The notes beneath the pieces were generated by a model, which had not been told where the DNA came from, ran no database searches, and saw only the letters and a list, made by a program, of their open reading frames with translations. Below, piece after piece: positions 54,742 through 63,421 of a stretch of DNA of 64,000 bases. This DNA is from Acidimicrobiia bacterium. Lineage in GTDB: Bacteria > Actinomycetota > Acidimicrobiia > Spongiisociales > ZC4RG35. Location of the stretch: NCBI GenBank assembly GCA_044867525.1, contig JBIOVB010000107.1:25419-89418 (forward strand), written 5' to 3'. The translations under genes and the position numbers were made by a program. Position 1 is the stretch's first letter. Every line of letters starts with the position of its first letter.

Positions 54742-55416
54742 ATGAAAACCTCGCGTTTCGCCCTGCTGGGCCTGATGCTCCTGGTGGTACTTGCCTGTGG
54801 CGGGAGCTCATCGGGGGATACCACCACACCCGCGGATGACGGCGCCGGGGAAACGACGACCACCCCTACCACCGTGGCCACCACCACCGACTCGGGCGAA
54901 CAGGTTTCCAGCCTCGCCGACATGCCGCAGGAGTGCCTCGACGCCTTCAGGGCCTTCCTCCAGGAGCTGGAGCCGTTGGTCGAGGGTCGGGATTTCAACC
55001 AGATGACCCAAGCGGACATGGAGGCCTTTCTCGCCGAGATCGAGCCGATCAGCGCTCCCTTGGAGGAACAGACCGCCGATTGTCCCGACGTCGACCTGAG
55101 CGCTGAGGAGAGCCTGGCTGCCATGCGTGAGTTTGCCGAAACGGAGGCACCGGGAACGGTCGCTTACTTCGCATGGCTCGAGGAGTTCATTGTCAGCTTC
55201 GGAGAAGGCGGCGGCGTGGAGGCCAGCGGGGACTGTGAGACCGACCTGGCGACTCTCGACGAATACGTGGGTCAAGGCGGGACGATGAGTGATCTACCGG
55301 TTGGCGAGCTCGCCGGGGTCGGGGCGCTGCTCACGGCGGTGAGCACCGAGTGCCCTCCCGAGCGATTCCAGGAATGGGTGACCGAGGAGGCCAACGCCAC
55401 CTGGATGGCCGGGTAG
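54742..55416 (+). CDS. Lipoprotein of unknown function
   Basis: Lipobox LVVLACGG, Thr-rich linker and an acidic domain with 4 Cys. Start trimmed to MKTSRF. Confidence 0.5.
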   Translation: MKTSRFALLGLMLLVVLACGGSSSGDTTTPADDGAGETTTTPTTVATTTDSGEQVSSLADMPQECLDAFRAFLQELEPLVEGRDFNQMTQADMEAFLAEIEPISAPLEEQTADCPDVDLSAEESLAAMREFAETEAPGTVAYFAWLEEFIVSFGEGGGVEASGDCETDLATLDEYVGQGGTMSDLPVGELAGVGALLTAVSTECPPERFQEWVTEEANATWMAG

Positions 55417-55436
55417 CCCGTCTTCGGGCGTTGGGC

Positions 55437-56603
55437 TCAGCCCAGGGGCACGGAGAATCGGACCCTGCCCCCGGGCCCTTCTTCCACCGTGATCGTCCCG
55501 CCGTGGGCCTCGACGAGGCTCTTGGCTATGGCCAGGCCGAGCCCGGCGCCACCCGACTCACGGCTGCGTGAGTCGTCGGCGCGTGTGAACCGCTCGAAGG
55601 CCTTCGACTTGAACTCTTCGCTGAATCCGGGCCCCTGGTCGATCACGGTCGTCACGGCATAGTCGCCATTGCGGGAGACCACCACTTCCACGTCGCCCGA
55701 CTTCGGGCTGTGCGCAACCGCGTTGGCGAGCAGGTTGCGGAACACCCTTCCCAAGGCAGCCGGGTCACCGGTGACTCCAACCCGTCCAGGAGCAGCCACT
55801 CGCAATGAGATCCCGCGACCGGCGGCCATCGGCGTCACCGCCTCCACGGCCTCGTCAGCCAGCTCCGCGAGGTCGACCTCGACATCGGACAGCTCGAAAC
55901 GGCCGGCCTCGATCCTGGAGAGAAGGAAGAGGTCGTCGACGAGGTGCTTGAGATGATCCAGGTCGAGGGAGAGGCCATGGAGATACCCTGCGGGATCCGG
56001 CGCGAACCCGTCCTCGAGGGCCTCGACCGCCGCCTGCATCGAACTGAGTGGGGTGCGCAGATCGTGTCCTATCGCAGATAGCAGTATCTGGCGCTCCGAC
56101 TCGGAGGTCTCGAGCTTTGAGATCATGTCGTCGAGGGCGGCCGCAGCCTGGCCCAATTCGTCGGCCCGTTCCACGCCGGTGCGAGCTGATAGGTCGCCGT
56201 CACCGACCCGCTCGGCGGTGCGGGCAATGGCGGCCAGATCGTCGGTGAGTGGACGGGCGACGGCACCTGCCACCACTCCTCCGAGGCCCACCCCGAGCAG
56301 GATGGAGACCAAGACGAGCGTGAGGTCGTGGGGCTCGATGAACATGGTGAGCGCCGCCACCGCCACTGCCGCCCCGGTCACTGCAACAGCTGCGAACGCC
56401 ACCACTATGAGGCTGGTGCGAAGGGAACGGAGTCGGCCCGCTAGTCGTATCGAAGTCAACGCGGCGATGAAGGTGACGGCGGCCATCACGAAGAAGATCA
56501 GGTAGAGGCGGCGCCTGTCCTCGACGGTCACATCCATGGTGAGCTCCACGACCAAGAGGACGACTGCTAACACCAGGAGCAGAGTCCAGAGGGTCCGCCT
56601 CAT
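55437..56603 (-). CDS. Two-component sensor histidine kinase
   Basis: Two N-terminal TM helices. H-box SAIGHDLRTPL, N-box LLANAVAHS, G-boxes DQGPGF and GGAGLGLAI. The start overlaps the regulator gene's stop. Confidence 0.8.
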   Translation of the reverse strand: MRRTLWTLLLVLAVVLLVVELTMDVTVEDRRRLYLIFFVMAAVTFIAALTSIRLAGRLRSLRTSLIVVAFAAVAVTGAAVAVAALTMFIEPHDLTLVLVSILLGVGLGGVVAGAVARPLTDDLAAIARTAERVGDGDLSARTGVERADELGQAAAALDDMISKLETSESERQILLSAIGHDLRTPLSSMQAAVEALEDGFAPDPAGYLHGLSLDLDHLKHLVDDLFLLSRIEAGRFELSDVEVDLAELADEAVEAVTPMAAGRGISLRVAAPGRVGVTGDPAALGRVFRNLLANAVAHSPKSGDVEVVVSRNGDYAVTTVIDQGPGFSEEFKSKAFERFTRADDSRSRESGGAGLGLAIAKSLVEAHGGTITVEEGPGGRVRFSVPLG

Positions 56604-57295
56604 GAGCCGAGGCGATATCCGACGCCCCATACCGTCTGCACCCAGCGCGGTGCCTGCGTGTCGAGCTCGATCTTCTGTCTTATCCGCCGGACGTGGACGG
56701 TCACCGTCGCCGGGTCCTGCCATTCGGGCGAGGACCCCCACACTTGCTCCAGCAACTGGCCCCGGCTGAATACCTGGCGCGGGTTCGCGGTCAGGAAGGA
56801 GAGGAGGTCGAACTCCTTGGCTGTCAGATCGACATCTCGACCCTCGACCGAGGCCACCCGCCTGGCACCATCGATCACGATCCCGTCGTATTCCACGGGC
56901 CCGGAGGGTGATTTGGGCCCCGCTCGCCGCAAAACGGTTCGCACCCTTGCCACCAGCTCCCGCGGCGAGAATGGCTTGACCACGTAGTCGTCCGCGCCGA
57001 GCTCGAGCCCGGCGACTCGATCAGTCTCCTCCGCTCTCGCGGTGAGAAGGATCACGGGCAAGTCGCCGTTGCGCCGGATCTCCGACAAGACGTCGAATCC
57101 GGAGACTGCGGGCAGCATGAGGTCGAGCACCACGAGGTCTGGTTGGAACTCCGACAGCCCGCGCCGGGCACCTTCTCCGTCCTCTGCGGTTTCGACCAGG
57201 TAGCCATCCCGGCGCAGGTACCCGGCAACGACTTCGCGAATGCGAGGCTCGTCGTCGACGAGGAGGATGCGCTGAACTTTCGAGTCCGGGGCCAT
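56600..57295 (-). CDS. OmpR/PhoB-family response regulator
   Basis: Receiver domain (LLVDDEP...DLVVLDLMLP, acceptor Asp) and winged-helix C-terminus (VWGVGYRL). Confidence 0.9.
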   Translation of the reverse strand: MAPDSKVQRILLVDDEPRIREVVAGYLRRDGYLVETAEDGEGARRGLSEFQPDLVVLDLMLPAVSGFDVLSEIRRNGDLPVILLTARAEETDRVAGLELGADDYVVKPFSPRELVARVRTVLRRAGPKSPSGPVEYDGIVIDGARRVASVEGRDVDLTAKEFDLLSFLTANPRQVFSRGQLLEQVWGSSPEWQDPATVTVHVRRIRQKIELDTQAPRWVQTVWGVGYRLGS

Positions 57296-57309
57296 GTGAT
57301 CCTGGATGC

Positions 57310-57390
57310 TATTTCGAGCCGGTTCCTTCGCCGCCGGACGGGCGGATGGTTTCGAGAAGTTTCACCTCCGCTGCCGGAGATTTCGGATCT
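57310..57390. promoter_or_regulatory. Phased TTTCGAG/TTTCAC/TTTCGGA direct repeats in the regulator/fasciclin intergenic region (candidate response-regulator binding site)
   Basis: TTTCGAG at about 57314 and 57351, TTTCAC at 57361 (10 bp later), TTTCGGA at 57382 (21 bp later). The 10-11 bp phasing is typical of OmpR-family direct-repeat boxes. Confidence 0.35.
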
Positions 57391-57481
57391 GACAAAGAAC
57401 CATTAACTGGCTGTGAAACCGGGCCATGACCGACGTCTTGAACCCTACGTTGGCGGGAGACCCGATACCAAGGAGTGTTCG

Positions 57482-58021
57482 ATGAGACTCGCCACGTTGT
57501 CCCTGCTGCTCGTGACCCTCGCCGCATGCGGGGGTGACAGCAGTGCCACAACCACCGCCCCGGCTCCAGAAACCACCACGACTGTGGAGATGACGGAGGA
57601 GGACGTGCTCGCCTTGGCCGAGGCGGAGGGGGACCTGGGAACCTTCCTCGCAGCCACCGAAGCGGCCGGGATCATGGAGGACTTCCACGGCGAGGGACCG
57701 TTCACCCTGTTCATCCCCACCGATGAAGCCTTCTCCGCATACCTCGAGGGTGCTGGAATGACTCAGGAAGAGGCGTTCGCCGGTGGCGAGATGCTCCAGT
57801 CAATCGTTGGCTACCACGTGGTGACCATGATGGAGGACTCCGAGATGGTGATGGGAATGGATGGGCAGACCTTCACCACACTTCAAGGTTCTCCGCTGGA
57901 AGTGACGGTCGACGGGGAGACGGTCATGGTCGGAGATGCCACCATCCTTCGCTATGACATCGAAGCGTCCAATGGCGTGATCCACGTGATAGACACCGTG
58001 CTGACCCCACCCGAGGGTTGA
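57482..58021 (+). CDS. Fasciclin (FAS1) domain lipoprotein
   Basis: Lipobox LAACGG. FAS1 motifs GPFTLFIPTDEAF and NGVIHVIDTVL. Confidence 0.75.
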   Translation: MRLATLSLLLVTLAACGGDSSATTTAPAPETTTTVEMTEEDVLALAEAEGDLGTFLAATEAAGIMEDFHGEGPFTLFIPTDEAFSAYLEGAGMTQEEAFAGGEMLQSIVGYHVVTMMEDSEMVMGMDGQTFTTLQGSPLEVTVDGETVMVGDATILRYDIEASNGVIHVIDTVLTPPEG

Positions 58022-58566
58022 TGACACCCCGGCGCTGGACTCTGGTTGGAATTCTGGCGGCAGTCGGTGTCGTTTCATTCCTCCTCTTCCGACCGGACAC
58101 CCTGGTCACCGAGGTGGAGACCACCGAGGCCCTCGAAGACGCCTTCGCCACCTCGACATCGGCCGGGCCCACTACCACCGGCGTCGCCCCACCCGTTCAA
58201 GAGGACGCCACGTCCACGTCCACCGAGCCGCCGCAGCCGGTCCTGCTTGCCTCCGGCCAATTTGTCGGGATCGACCATTCGGCGGTGGGCACCGCCGGGA
58301 TCTACGAACAGGACGGGACCTATGTGCTCAGGTTCGAGGACGACACCGACATCCAGAACGGCCCGGATCTGTATGTCTGGGTGTTGGCGGAGGGCTCGTA
58401 TCAGGGGGGAGATCCTGGCGCGCACCTCGACCTGGGGAACCTGAAGGGCACCACCGGTGGGCAGAACTACGACCTACCGCCCGAGTTCGACCCGGCGCTC
58501 CACCGCACGGTGCTGATCTGGTGTCTTCGATTCTCGGTCCCCTTCGCCACCGCGCCCTTGGAATGA
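58018..58566 (+). CDS. Membrane-anchored DM13-domain protein
   Basis: N-terminal TM. GQFVGIDHSAVGTAGIY...GTYVLRFED.F...NGPDLYVWL matches the DM13 pattern. 4-nt overlap with the fasciclin gene. Confidence 0.6.
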   Translation: MMTPRRWTLVGILAAVGVVSFLLFRPDTLVTEVETTEALEDAFATSTSAGPTTTGVAPPVQEDATSTSTEPPQPVLLASGQFVGIDHSAVGTAGIYEQDGTYVLRFEDDTDIQNGPDLYVWVLAEGSYQGGDPGAHLDLGNLKGTTGGQNYDLPPEFDPALHRTVLIWCLRFSVPFATAPLE

Positions 58567-58577
58567 CCGCTACCGAC

Positions 58578-58964
58578 TCAGCGGTAGGCGAACAGATCGA
58601 CGGCGTTGCCATCGTGGTCGTGGACGGTGGCGTAGCGCTGGCCCCACGGGGCGTCGAACGGGGGTAGGTGACCCTGCCCTCCCGCGCCGACCAGTTCCTC
58701 GAAGAGGAGATCGACGTCGGCGGAACTGTCACAGAGGAAGGCAAGTGCGGTTCGGGGGCCACCGTTGGTCGGCGGCTGCCAATCAGAGAACGACTGGACG
58801 CTGGCCTCAGTGTCGAGCATCACCCGTAGCCCTTCGGGTGTGGTCGCTTCGGCATGCACCTCGTCGGCCGCCTCTGCGCTGAACTCCAAGCCAAGGCGAC
58901 CGTAGAAGTCGATGGCCCGTGCCATGTCGGAGACGATGATCCCGATGGCGTCGAGGCGTGGCAT
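58578..58964 (-). CDS. Glyoxalase/bleomycin-resistance (VOC) family protein
   Basis: LDAIGIIVSDMARAIDFYGRLG N-terminal module and HDHDGNAVDLF C-terminal pattern. Confidence 0.6.
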   Translation of the reverse strand: MPRLDAIGIIVSDMARAIDFYGRLGLEFSAEAADEVHAEATTPEGLRVMLDTEASVQSFSDWQPPTNGGPRTALAFLCDSSADVDLLFEELVGAGGQGHLPPFDAPWGQRYATVHDHDGNAVDLFAYR

Positions 58965-59004
58965 GCGCCGAGTCTATGGCCGTTGCGAAGAAGCGTCGGT
59001 GCGC

Positions 59005-60918
59005 CTAGTCGCACCTGGTCTCGACGAGGTACTCCTCGACGGACCGCCGGTATTCGTAGGAGCACTCACCCATCGACACGTCGAGGACGAAAACGTCTTC
59101 GAACCAGTCGTAGCTGCCGGTCCCTGACATCAGTACATCCCTGCTCAGGCCACACTCGTCGAACGCAAAGTCGTTTCCGACCTCGGTGGCGGTGAATGCC
59201 AGTGTCCCCCCGTTGGCGCAACCGGTGCTGGTGTCGGTGTGCCCGTCCCAGTAGTAGTACTCAGGGAGGTACCCGATCTCCCATTCGATGTCGCTGAGCA
59301 TGGTCTCCGGGTCCTCTGTGTCGACCACGCCGAGCTGCGGCTGATAGGGGGCGACGACGACGCCGTCGCAGACCTCGGTCGTGGGCGGACTCCCGTCGAT
59401 GATGAAAGCGGTCACCTCCTCGTCGGGGCAGGGCTCGCCCCAGCCGAAGATGACATGGGGCCCGCCATCCTTGGACATGATGTAACCGTCGGCGAGCCGG
59501 GAATGGACCTCTACCCCTTGCTGATAGGGGGTTACCGGGTCGACCGTGGACCCGAGAACCAGCACCGGGATCCCGTCTGCGGTCAGTGGCGGCGGCCGCC
59601 CCCCTGTCGCCTTGTGTGGCCAGAAGGCGCAGGGGAGGTCCCCGTAGTACACCGAGGCGAGGCGCAATCCCTCAGGCCCGGGGGCGGCGTCGACGTAACG
59701 CTTGACGCTGTCTTCCGGTGTGGCGCCGTAGGCGTAGTCCAGGCACTCCACCCCGTAGTACATGGCATCCGACCAGGTGGGGTCTTCGATCACCTCCTGG
59801 GTTTGTGGGTCGAGACCGAGATTGACGTTGAGAAGGCGGAGCAGTGGTACCAGGTCGTCGTCCCCGCCCCATGCAGAGAGCGCCCGGAGGAAGAGCATTC
59901 GGTCGTACTCCTCGTAGAGGTGCCCGCTGGCGATGGCCTCCAGGTCACCGAGACCGAGTGACCTGCTGGTGGCGGTGCCGTCGGGCAGCGGGAACTCGGC
60001 GCTGAGCTCGCCCTCCAGTAGCTGGGCGTAGAGCCGGTCATAGGTGTCGCCAGCGGCCATCCCGAAGTCATCGGCGCACCCGTCGTCCTGGTCGCACGCC
60101 TCGAGCATCAGGTCGAGGGTGCGGCTGGACGCAGCCGCCATCTCCTGGTGGTAGGTGATGCCCTCCAGGGTGAGGTCCACCACCCCATCGAGGATCAGCC
60201 GGTCCAGGTTTTCGGGGTGGGTCGCGGCATAGGTCTGCCCGAACTGGGTTCCGTAGCTCTCTCCGAACACGACGAACTCCCGAAAGCCGAAGGTCTCCCG
60301 GAAAACCTCCAGGTCCTCGACGGCCTGCGCGGTAGAGACATAAGCGAGCTCCTCGGGATCCCCCATCTCGGCGACACAGTCGGCGGTGAAGGTCTCGGCC
60401 GCCTCGACCAGGAGGTTGATCCCGGCCGCGGAGGCAGCATCACCCGGAGCTCGGAGGTAGGCGTTGGCGGCCTGAGGGCAGGTCAGCCCGCCGGAGCTGG
60501 CGATCCCCCGTTGGTCGAAGAAGACGATGTCGAACTGTCCTGCGATCGCCGGGTCGTAGAGATCGGTGTAGCCATCGGCGGAGGAGATCCCGGATGTGCC
60601 CGGGCCCCCGGTGACCGTGACGAAGGCGCCTCGACTCTCACCGGCGGATGGAAGCACGGCGAAGGTGACGCCAATTGTCCTCGCGTCGTCCGGGTTGAAG
60701 TGGTCGAGGGGCAACTCCATCGTGACGCAGGTGAACACGGAATCGGGGCAGAGCTCGCCGCCCAGGGATTCCAGGATCTCGGTCGTCGTCGCCTGGCTTG
60801 CCGTCGTTGTCGTAGCTGAAGTGGACTTGGTCGTCGGCGACGCGAGGGTGGTCGTGGGATCAGCCTGGGAGGTGCATGCGGCGAAGGCCACGAGGAGGGC
60901 GACACATCCCGTTTTCAC
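59005..60918 (-). CDS. Alpha/beta-hydrolase lipoprotein, S33 (tripeptidyl-aminopeptidase-like) family, with a Cys-rich C-terminal extension
   Basis: Lipobox LVAFAACTS, Thr-rich linker, GESYG nucleophile elbow, Cys-rich C-terminal 150 aa. GTG start chosen to avoid the divergent GNAT gene. Confidence 0.7.
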   Translation of the reverse strand: MKTGCVALLVAFAACTSQADPTTTLASPTTKSTSATTTTASQATTTEILESLGGELCPDSVFTCVTMELPLDHFNPDDARTIGVTFAVLPSAGESRGAFVTVTGGPGTSGISSADGYTDLYDPAIAGQFDIVFFDQRGIASSGGLTCPQAANAYLRAPGDAASAAGINLLVEAAETFTADCVAEMGDPEELAYVSTAQAVEDLEVFRETFGFREFVVFGESYGTQFGQTYAATHPENLDRLILDGVVDLTLEGITYHQEMAAASSRTLDLMLEACDQDDGCADDFGMAAGDTYDRLYAQLLEGELSAEFPLPDGTATSRSLGLGDLEAIASGHLYEEYDRMLFLRALSAWGGDDDLVPLLRLLNVNLGLDPQTQEVIEDPTWSDAMYYGVECLDYAYGATPEDSVKRYVDAAPGPEGLRLASVYYGDLPCAFWPHKATGGRPPPLTADGIPVLVLGSTVDPVTPYQQGVEVHSRLADGYIMSKDGGPHVIFGWGEPCPDEEVTAFIIDGSPPTTEVCDGVVVAPYQPQLGVVDTEDPETMLSDIEWEIGYLPEYYYWDGHTDTSTGCANGGTLAFTATEVGNDFAFDECGLSRDVLMSGTGSYDWFEDVFVLDVSMGECSYEYRRSVEEYLVETRCD

Positions 60919-60993
60919 GGCGGCAATGTACTTTGGCGGGATGAACGTGGCGGAAAGGGCCGGGAAGCTCCTCGACGAGCTGAGCCGCCGCTG

Positions 60994-61404
60994 ATGGATT
61001 CCGACGCAGTCGATTTCGAATGGAAGGGTGGCTTTGGCAACGAGGAGGTCAACGCCCTCCACGCCGAGGCCTTCGAGACCCGGGTGTTCGACGACGACTG
61101 GCTGGCGCTTCTCGAAGAGCACTCACTGGGATGGGTGGTGGCCAGGGGCGGGTCGCAGCTGGTCGGATTCGTGAACGTGATCTGGGACGGCCAGGTCCAC
61201 GCCTGGATCCAGGACTTGATGGTGGCGACGGTGGAGCGTGGACGTGGGGTCGGTACCCGGCTGGTGGGGATCGCCCGTGAGGAGGCGAAGCAGGCAGGGT
61301 GCGAGTGGCTCCATGTCGACTTCGACGACCACCTGCGTTCGTTCTATTACGACGCCTGCGGGTTCATCCCCACCAATGCCGGGTTGATCGACCTGACCCG
61401 ATGA
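60994..61404 (+). CDS. GNAT family N-acetyltransferase
   Basis: RGRGVGTRLV acetyl-CoA binding motif. Confidence 0.65.
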   Translation: MDSDAVDFEWKGGFGNEEVNALHAEAFETRVFDDDWLALLEEHSLGWVVARGGSQLVGFVNVIWDGQVHAWIQDLMVATVERGRGVGTRLVGIAREEAKQAGCEWLHVDFDDHLRSFYYDACGFIPTNAGLIDLTR

Positions 61405-61407
61405 GAG

Positions 61408-61812
61408 TCAGGCCGCCGACGCCTGAGTCGACCGGGATCGGTTCACAGCCAGGATCACGAAGCCGAGGGCCCCGATTCCGAGATGGAGCAGGTTGTCCGC
61501 GTTGTTGATCGCAAGGATGTTGGCCTGCGTGTCCATCAGCATCACTCCGAGCACACCAACCAGGAAGTAGGCAGCGGAAAGGATCAAGACCACCGACCGG
61601 GCACCGGCTTCGGTGGCGCGCGCCCCGAGCAGGTAGACCGCTCCCAGCATCAGGTGGACCACGTTGTGCGCCGGGTTGATCTCGAAGAAGAGAAGGTGAT
61701 CCCCCTCCATCCCGAAGAAATCACCTAACCCGGTGAGTACGAATCCCACCACCCCGATCGCTAAGAACACCCAACCCAGGATCTTTGCGTACGTCTTGAC
61801 GTAGCTCATCAT
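61408..61812 (-). CDS. DUF4383-like small membrane protein
   Basis: 4 TM helices with HLMLG/HLGIG patterns. Start at MMSYV. Confidence 0.5.
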   Translation of the reverse strand: MMSYVKTYAKILGWVFLAIGVVGFVLTGLGDFFGMEGDHLLFFEINPAHNVVHLMLGAVYLLGARATEAGARSVVLILSAAYFLVGVLGVMLMDTQANILAINNADNLLHLGIGALGFVILAVNRSRSTQASAA

Positions 61813-61954
61813 TGGCTCCCTTCGATACCAGAGCATGTCGCCCGGTATTCGGAGCCACAGCTGTCGGCGGATGGGTGGTTCGGTCTCTGGGCTCAGTGGG
61901 ACTCGGTCAACCGGCGCTGCAGCATTTCCAGCTCGTGGTCAGCGCCGACCGCCG

Positions 61955-62374
61955 TCAGTGTGCGTCATTCCAGGCCTCGACTTGACGCTGCACCGCAGCC
62001 GCGTCGAACCAGGTGTTCTCGTACTCGATCAAACCACCGCGGAGACGGAAGAGATGGAGGATTCTGATCTCGACCCGGGCTCCTCCGCCCTCGATCCCGG
62101 CCCACTGGCCAGCAACGTGTCCGGTCACATTGGATTCGTCCACTACCCAAAGGCCGTCGTCGGAGCTGAACCGGCGCACCGAGACGAAATGGACGTCGGG
62201 GATGGCGTCGATGATGTCGGAGTACACCGCGCCTACCGCGTCCTTCCCGTGGACCGGGCTCAACGGATGGGTCACGTCGTCCCAGACGATGTCGTCGGTA
62301 TAGGTGGCCAGAGTGCCCGGCACATCGTGGGCGTTCTCGGCGGCGAAGTGGCGGTCGATGATGTCCATCGGCAA
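61955..62374 (-). CDS. SnoaL-like / NTF2-fold protein
   Basis: IDRHFAAENAHD...WDDVT...G.DAV...Y pattern of SnoaL-like polyketide cyclase/ester cyclase-like proteins. Confidence 0.6.
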   Translation of the reverse strand: MPMDIIDRHFAAENAHDVPGTLATYTDDIVWDDVTHPLSPVHGKDAVGAVYSDIIDAIPDVHFVSVRRFSSDDGLWVVDESNVTGHVAGQWAGIEGGGARVEIRILHLFRLRGGLIEYENTWFDAAAVQRQVEAWNDAH

Positions 62375-62406
62375 TTTCTAGCGTGGTACGCAGAGGTCGT
62401 GAGGTT

Positions 62407-63315
62407 CTAGCCCGTGGTCGAAGAAAGGTGGCGCAGCTTGTCGGGGTTGACTACCGCCCGCACGGTCTGGACCACCCGGTCAACAATGTCGAGCGAAAGC
62501 ACCGCGACGGTTTCTCCGGACTGGTCGAGGACCACCGCTCCTGGCTGTCCGTTGACGTCCACGAGGGTCAACTTCCAGACGCCTGGCCCGGCACGACGAG
62601 CGAAGCTGGTCAGCAGTCGTGCTGACTCGAGGCCACCCCGGACCGGGGTCCTCCGCGCAGGCGCCTTGCCCCCGCCGTCTCCGTACATGACGGCGTCATC
62701 GGCGAGCAGACGCACCAGGCCGTCGGTGTCACCGTCTTCAACCGCGGCGAAGAACTTCTCCGCAAGCGCCCAGCGCTTCTCGACGGAAGACTCGAATCGG
62801 GGCTTGCCCTGCTGGACCTTCTCCCTCGATCGCACGGCCAACTGACGGCAATTGGCTTCGTTCTTTCCGATGATCTCGGCGATCTCGTCATATCCATACC
62901 CGAAGACATCCCGGAGCAGGAGCACCGCTCGCTCCGGCGGAGTCAGCCGCTCGAGGAGGACGAGAAATGCCATCGAAAGGCTGTCGGAGAGCTCAGCATG
63001 CTCCTGAGGATCAAGAGTGGGCTCGGTCACGATGGGCTCGGGGAGCCATTCCCCCACGTACTCCTCGCGGCGGACCCGAGCCGAACGCAAATGGTCGATC
63101 GAGAGGCGGGTCATCACTGCGCAGGCGTAGGCACGACGGGATTGGATCTCGGTCCCCCGCTGCACCGCGTCGTGGACCCGGAGGAGCGTCTCCTGGATCA
63201 AGTCCTCGGCATCGTTCACGCTCCCGGTCATGCGGTAGGCAATCGAAAAGAGCAGAGGCCGGAGCGAGGCGTCGGTCTCGTCGCGCTCCGGTTCAGGGGA
63301 GGGGGCAGCGGGCAT
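62407..63315 (-). CDS. ECF sigma factor of the SigJ-like type (sigma-70 r2/r4 plus a C-terminal SnoaL-like domain)
   Basis: Region 2 DLIQETLLRVHDA and region 4 ERAVLLLRDVFGYGYDEIAEIIGKNEANCRQLAVRSREKV, then a roughly 120-aa C-terminal extension. Start trimmed to MPAAPS. Confidence 0.8.
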   Translation of the reverse strand: MPAAPSPEPERDETDASLRPLLFSIAYRMTGSVNDAEDLIQETLLRVHDAVQRGTEIQSRRAYACAVMTRLSIDHLRSARVRREEYVGEWLPEPIVTEPTLDPQEHAELSDSLSMAFLVLLERLTPPERAVLLLRDVFGYGYDEIAEIIGKNEANCRQLAVRSREKVQQGKPRFESSVEKRWALAEKFFAAVEDGDTDGLVRLLADDAVMYGDGGGKAPARRTPVRGGLESARLLTSFARRAGPGVWKLTLVDVNGQPGAVVLDQSGETVAVLSLDIVDRVVQTVRAVVNPDKLRHLSSTTG

Positions 63316-63346
63316 ATGTCCTCTAGGACGAGATGACACCCCGGAT

Positions 63347-63372
63347 TGTGACACCCGATGCTGGTTGTCACA
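63347..63372. promoter_or_regulatory. Inverted repeat TGTGACA-N12-TGTCACA between the divergent SigJ-like and NmrA-like genes (candidate operator)
   Basis: A perfect 7-bp inverted repeat with a 12-bp spacer (attgtgacacccgatgctggttgtcacag). Confidence 0.35.
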
Positions 63373-63421
63373 GAGCCGGGACCTGTCTCGTCTCAGGTTG
63401 GTAGAACGGAAGGAGAAGCCG

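Noticed and set aside
59239-60819. Plus-strand ORFs antisense to the S33 alpha/beta hydrolase gene
   Set aside because: The minus strand encodes the GESYG nucleophile elbow and a lipobox, so the antisense ORFs are artefacts.
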